This document shows, piece after piece, positions 62,775 to 64,000 of a DNA stretch of 64,000 nt; within the stretch, counting starts at the first letter, position 1, and each line of letters opens with the position of its first letter. The DNA comes from Botryllus schlosseri. Its lineage: Eukaryota. Position numbers and translations under genes: made by a program. The stretch is taken from the NCBI GenBank assembly GCA_051294905.1, contig CM119378.1, positions 7,192,001 to 7,256,000 of the forward strand. Reading direction: 5' to 3'. The notes beneath the pieces are model-generated. The model had not been told where the DNA came from, ran no database searches, and worked only from the letters and a program-made list of their open reading frames with translations.

Positions 62775-63221
62775 TTATAGGGGAACGGAGCTGGCCTTTC
62801 TGCGTTCGTACATAATCGTACCCAGTCCACAGGTCGCTAGGGATAGCGTCAGGACAATGATCGCAACCAAGGATCCTAGAAGCCCTCGCAGTTTGATATT
62901 AGTGCATCCAGGGGAAACTTTGGAAATGTCACCACAATTCGCACACATTCCAGGAGCGACACATTGGCCACCGTTGCAGTCTCCCTCGCAGATTGGAATA
63001 TCGCATCTTACGCCAGTCCACCCGCCTTGGCATCCACTGTCTATGCAAGACCCATCGGTGGGGTCGCATTTGCGGTCGTACAGTCCGGTAGTCGATTGAG
63101 ACGCGCAGTAGCCACAATAATTTTGACAGGAATCGCCCCAATAGCCTTCCGTGCAATTACTTTCTTGAGCTGAGACGGCCAAGACGCAGGCAAAGAAGCA
63201 AACGTATAATAGAGAATCCAT
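62775..63221 (-). CDS. Small type-I membrane protein with MEGF/laminin-type EGF-like Cys repeats, single exon, 148 aa
   Basis: Signal-peptide-like MDSLLYVCFFACVLAVSA, then Cys-rich CTEGYWGDSCQNYCGYC...CDPTDGSCIDSGCQGGWTGVRC and CEGDCNGGQCVAPGMC, a hydrophobic helix GLLGSLVAIIVLTLSLATCGLGTIMY, and a short tail ERRKASSVPL. Confidence 0.85.
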   Translation of the reverse strand: MDSLLYVCFFACVLAVSAQESNCTEGYWGDSCQNYCGYCASQSTTGLYDRKCDPTDGSCIDSGCQGGWTGVRCDIPICEGDCNGGQCVAPGMCANCGDISKVSPGCTNIKLRGLLGSLVAIIVLTLSLATCGLGTIMYERRKASSVPL

Positions 63222-64000
63222 TTCGATCGAACGCGAGAAAACTTAACGAACCTACACCTCGTCGCAAGCGGTCAACAACTGGAGGTCAAACGCCCTGAAG
63301 CCTAAGCAAAGCAAGCTGGCCAAGCCTTTTTCTCTTCCTCAATCACTAAAAGCTCTTGCCACATTTTCGGCGACATCAGACATCAGGTCTTTTACGGAAC
63401 TATTTTCATATCAATACGCTTGTATGGAAACTATAGACAAATTCCATGGAATTGGAGATCAAGTACGCCAGCAATGCTTCAAATATCATTATCGTAGCAC
63501 TATTTCGCATGAATAAGCATGGCCGTGTTGTATATTTCATTGTGTTGATTGTGAAAAGCGGTAATAACAATATCGGGATACCATAACATGCCCTTTTTTT
63601 CCAATAAAACCAAAATCATCTTCATCAATTTATGAAATTTTTTATCAGATCAATGCAACGCCAGATTGCGCTATAGTGACAATATGGGGGAGTGCCGAAA
63701 CGACTTGGAGGAGTCTTTTAATCAGGCACCCACCTCGGCAAACAGAATGTAAATAAAAAGGCACCCGAATTTCCACAATCCCTCCTATATTTTTGTTTCG
63801 GCTGTTAGTCGACTATGCTATACAGAGACTACTAAAAGTACACGTTAAAAATCGCCTTAGTGAAACTGCCGCGGAGGTTGACTAAAAAATAGGCCAACAG
63901 TCGGTGGGCAATGAGCATTATTTCCGTACAAATTTTCCATATGTATTTCTCTTATTGTAACTTGAAGAAGTGTTCTCTTTTTCGGATCTTAAATATGGTA

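Overview
Eukaryotic, AT-rich, intron-rich animal genomic DNA. It has many 43-68 nt introns and a dense load of small hAT-type MITEs, LINE 3' ends and tRNA-derived SINEs. An invertebrate chordate such as an ascidian is my guess (inference only). Most ORF-track entries are chance or exon fragments, so I rebuilt spliced models by hand from GT-AG boundaries and phase. Confident genes: CSTF3/CstF-77 (minus, 18 exons, 718 aa), an NKAIN-family gene (minus, 8 exons), a THEG-repeat gene (plus, 6 exons), intronless POLR3D/RPC4 (minus), and an intronless 148-aa EGF-like single-pass membrane protein just upstream of POLR3D. The most interesting unassigned locus is a minus-strand gene of about 20 exons (about 6.9-16.3 kb). 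It joins an N-terminal death domain, a DEDD-C/TRADD-N-like domain and a long unrecognised C-terminal region, and the death domain appears split by three skippable phase-0 exons. Other leads: a candidate 73-aa secreted peptide precursor, the oversized weak-donor CSTF3 intron 3 (site of CstF-77 autoregulation in other animals), an operon-like EGF-TM/POLR3D pair, overlapping THEG/POLR3D 3' UTRs, and a SINE sharing its tail with the local LINE. No prokaryotic systems, CRISPR arrays, rRNA or intact tRNA were supported.
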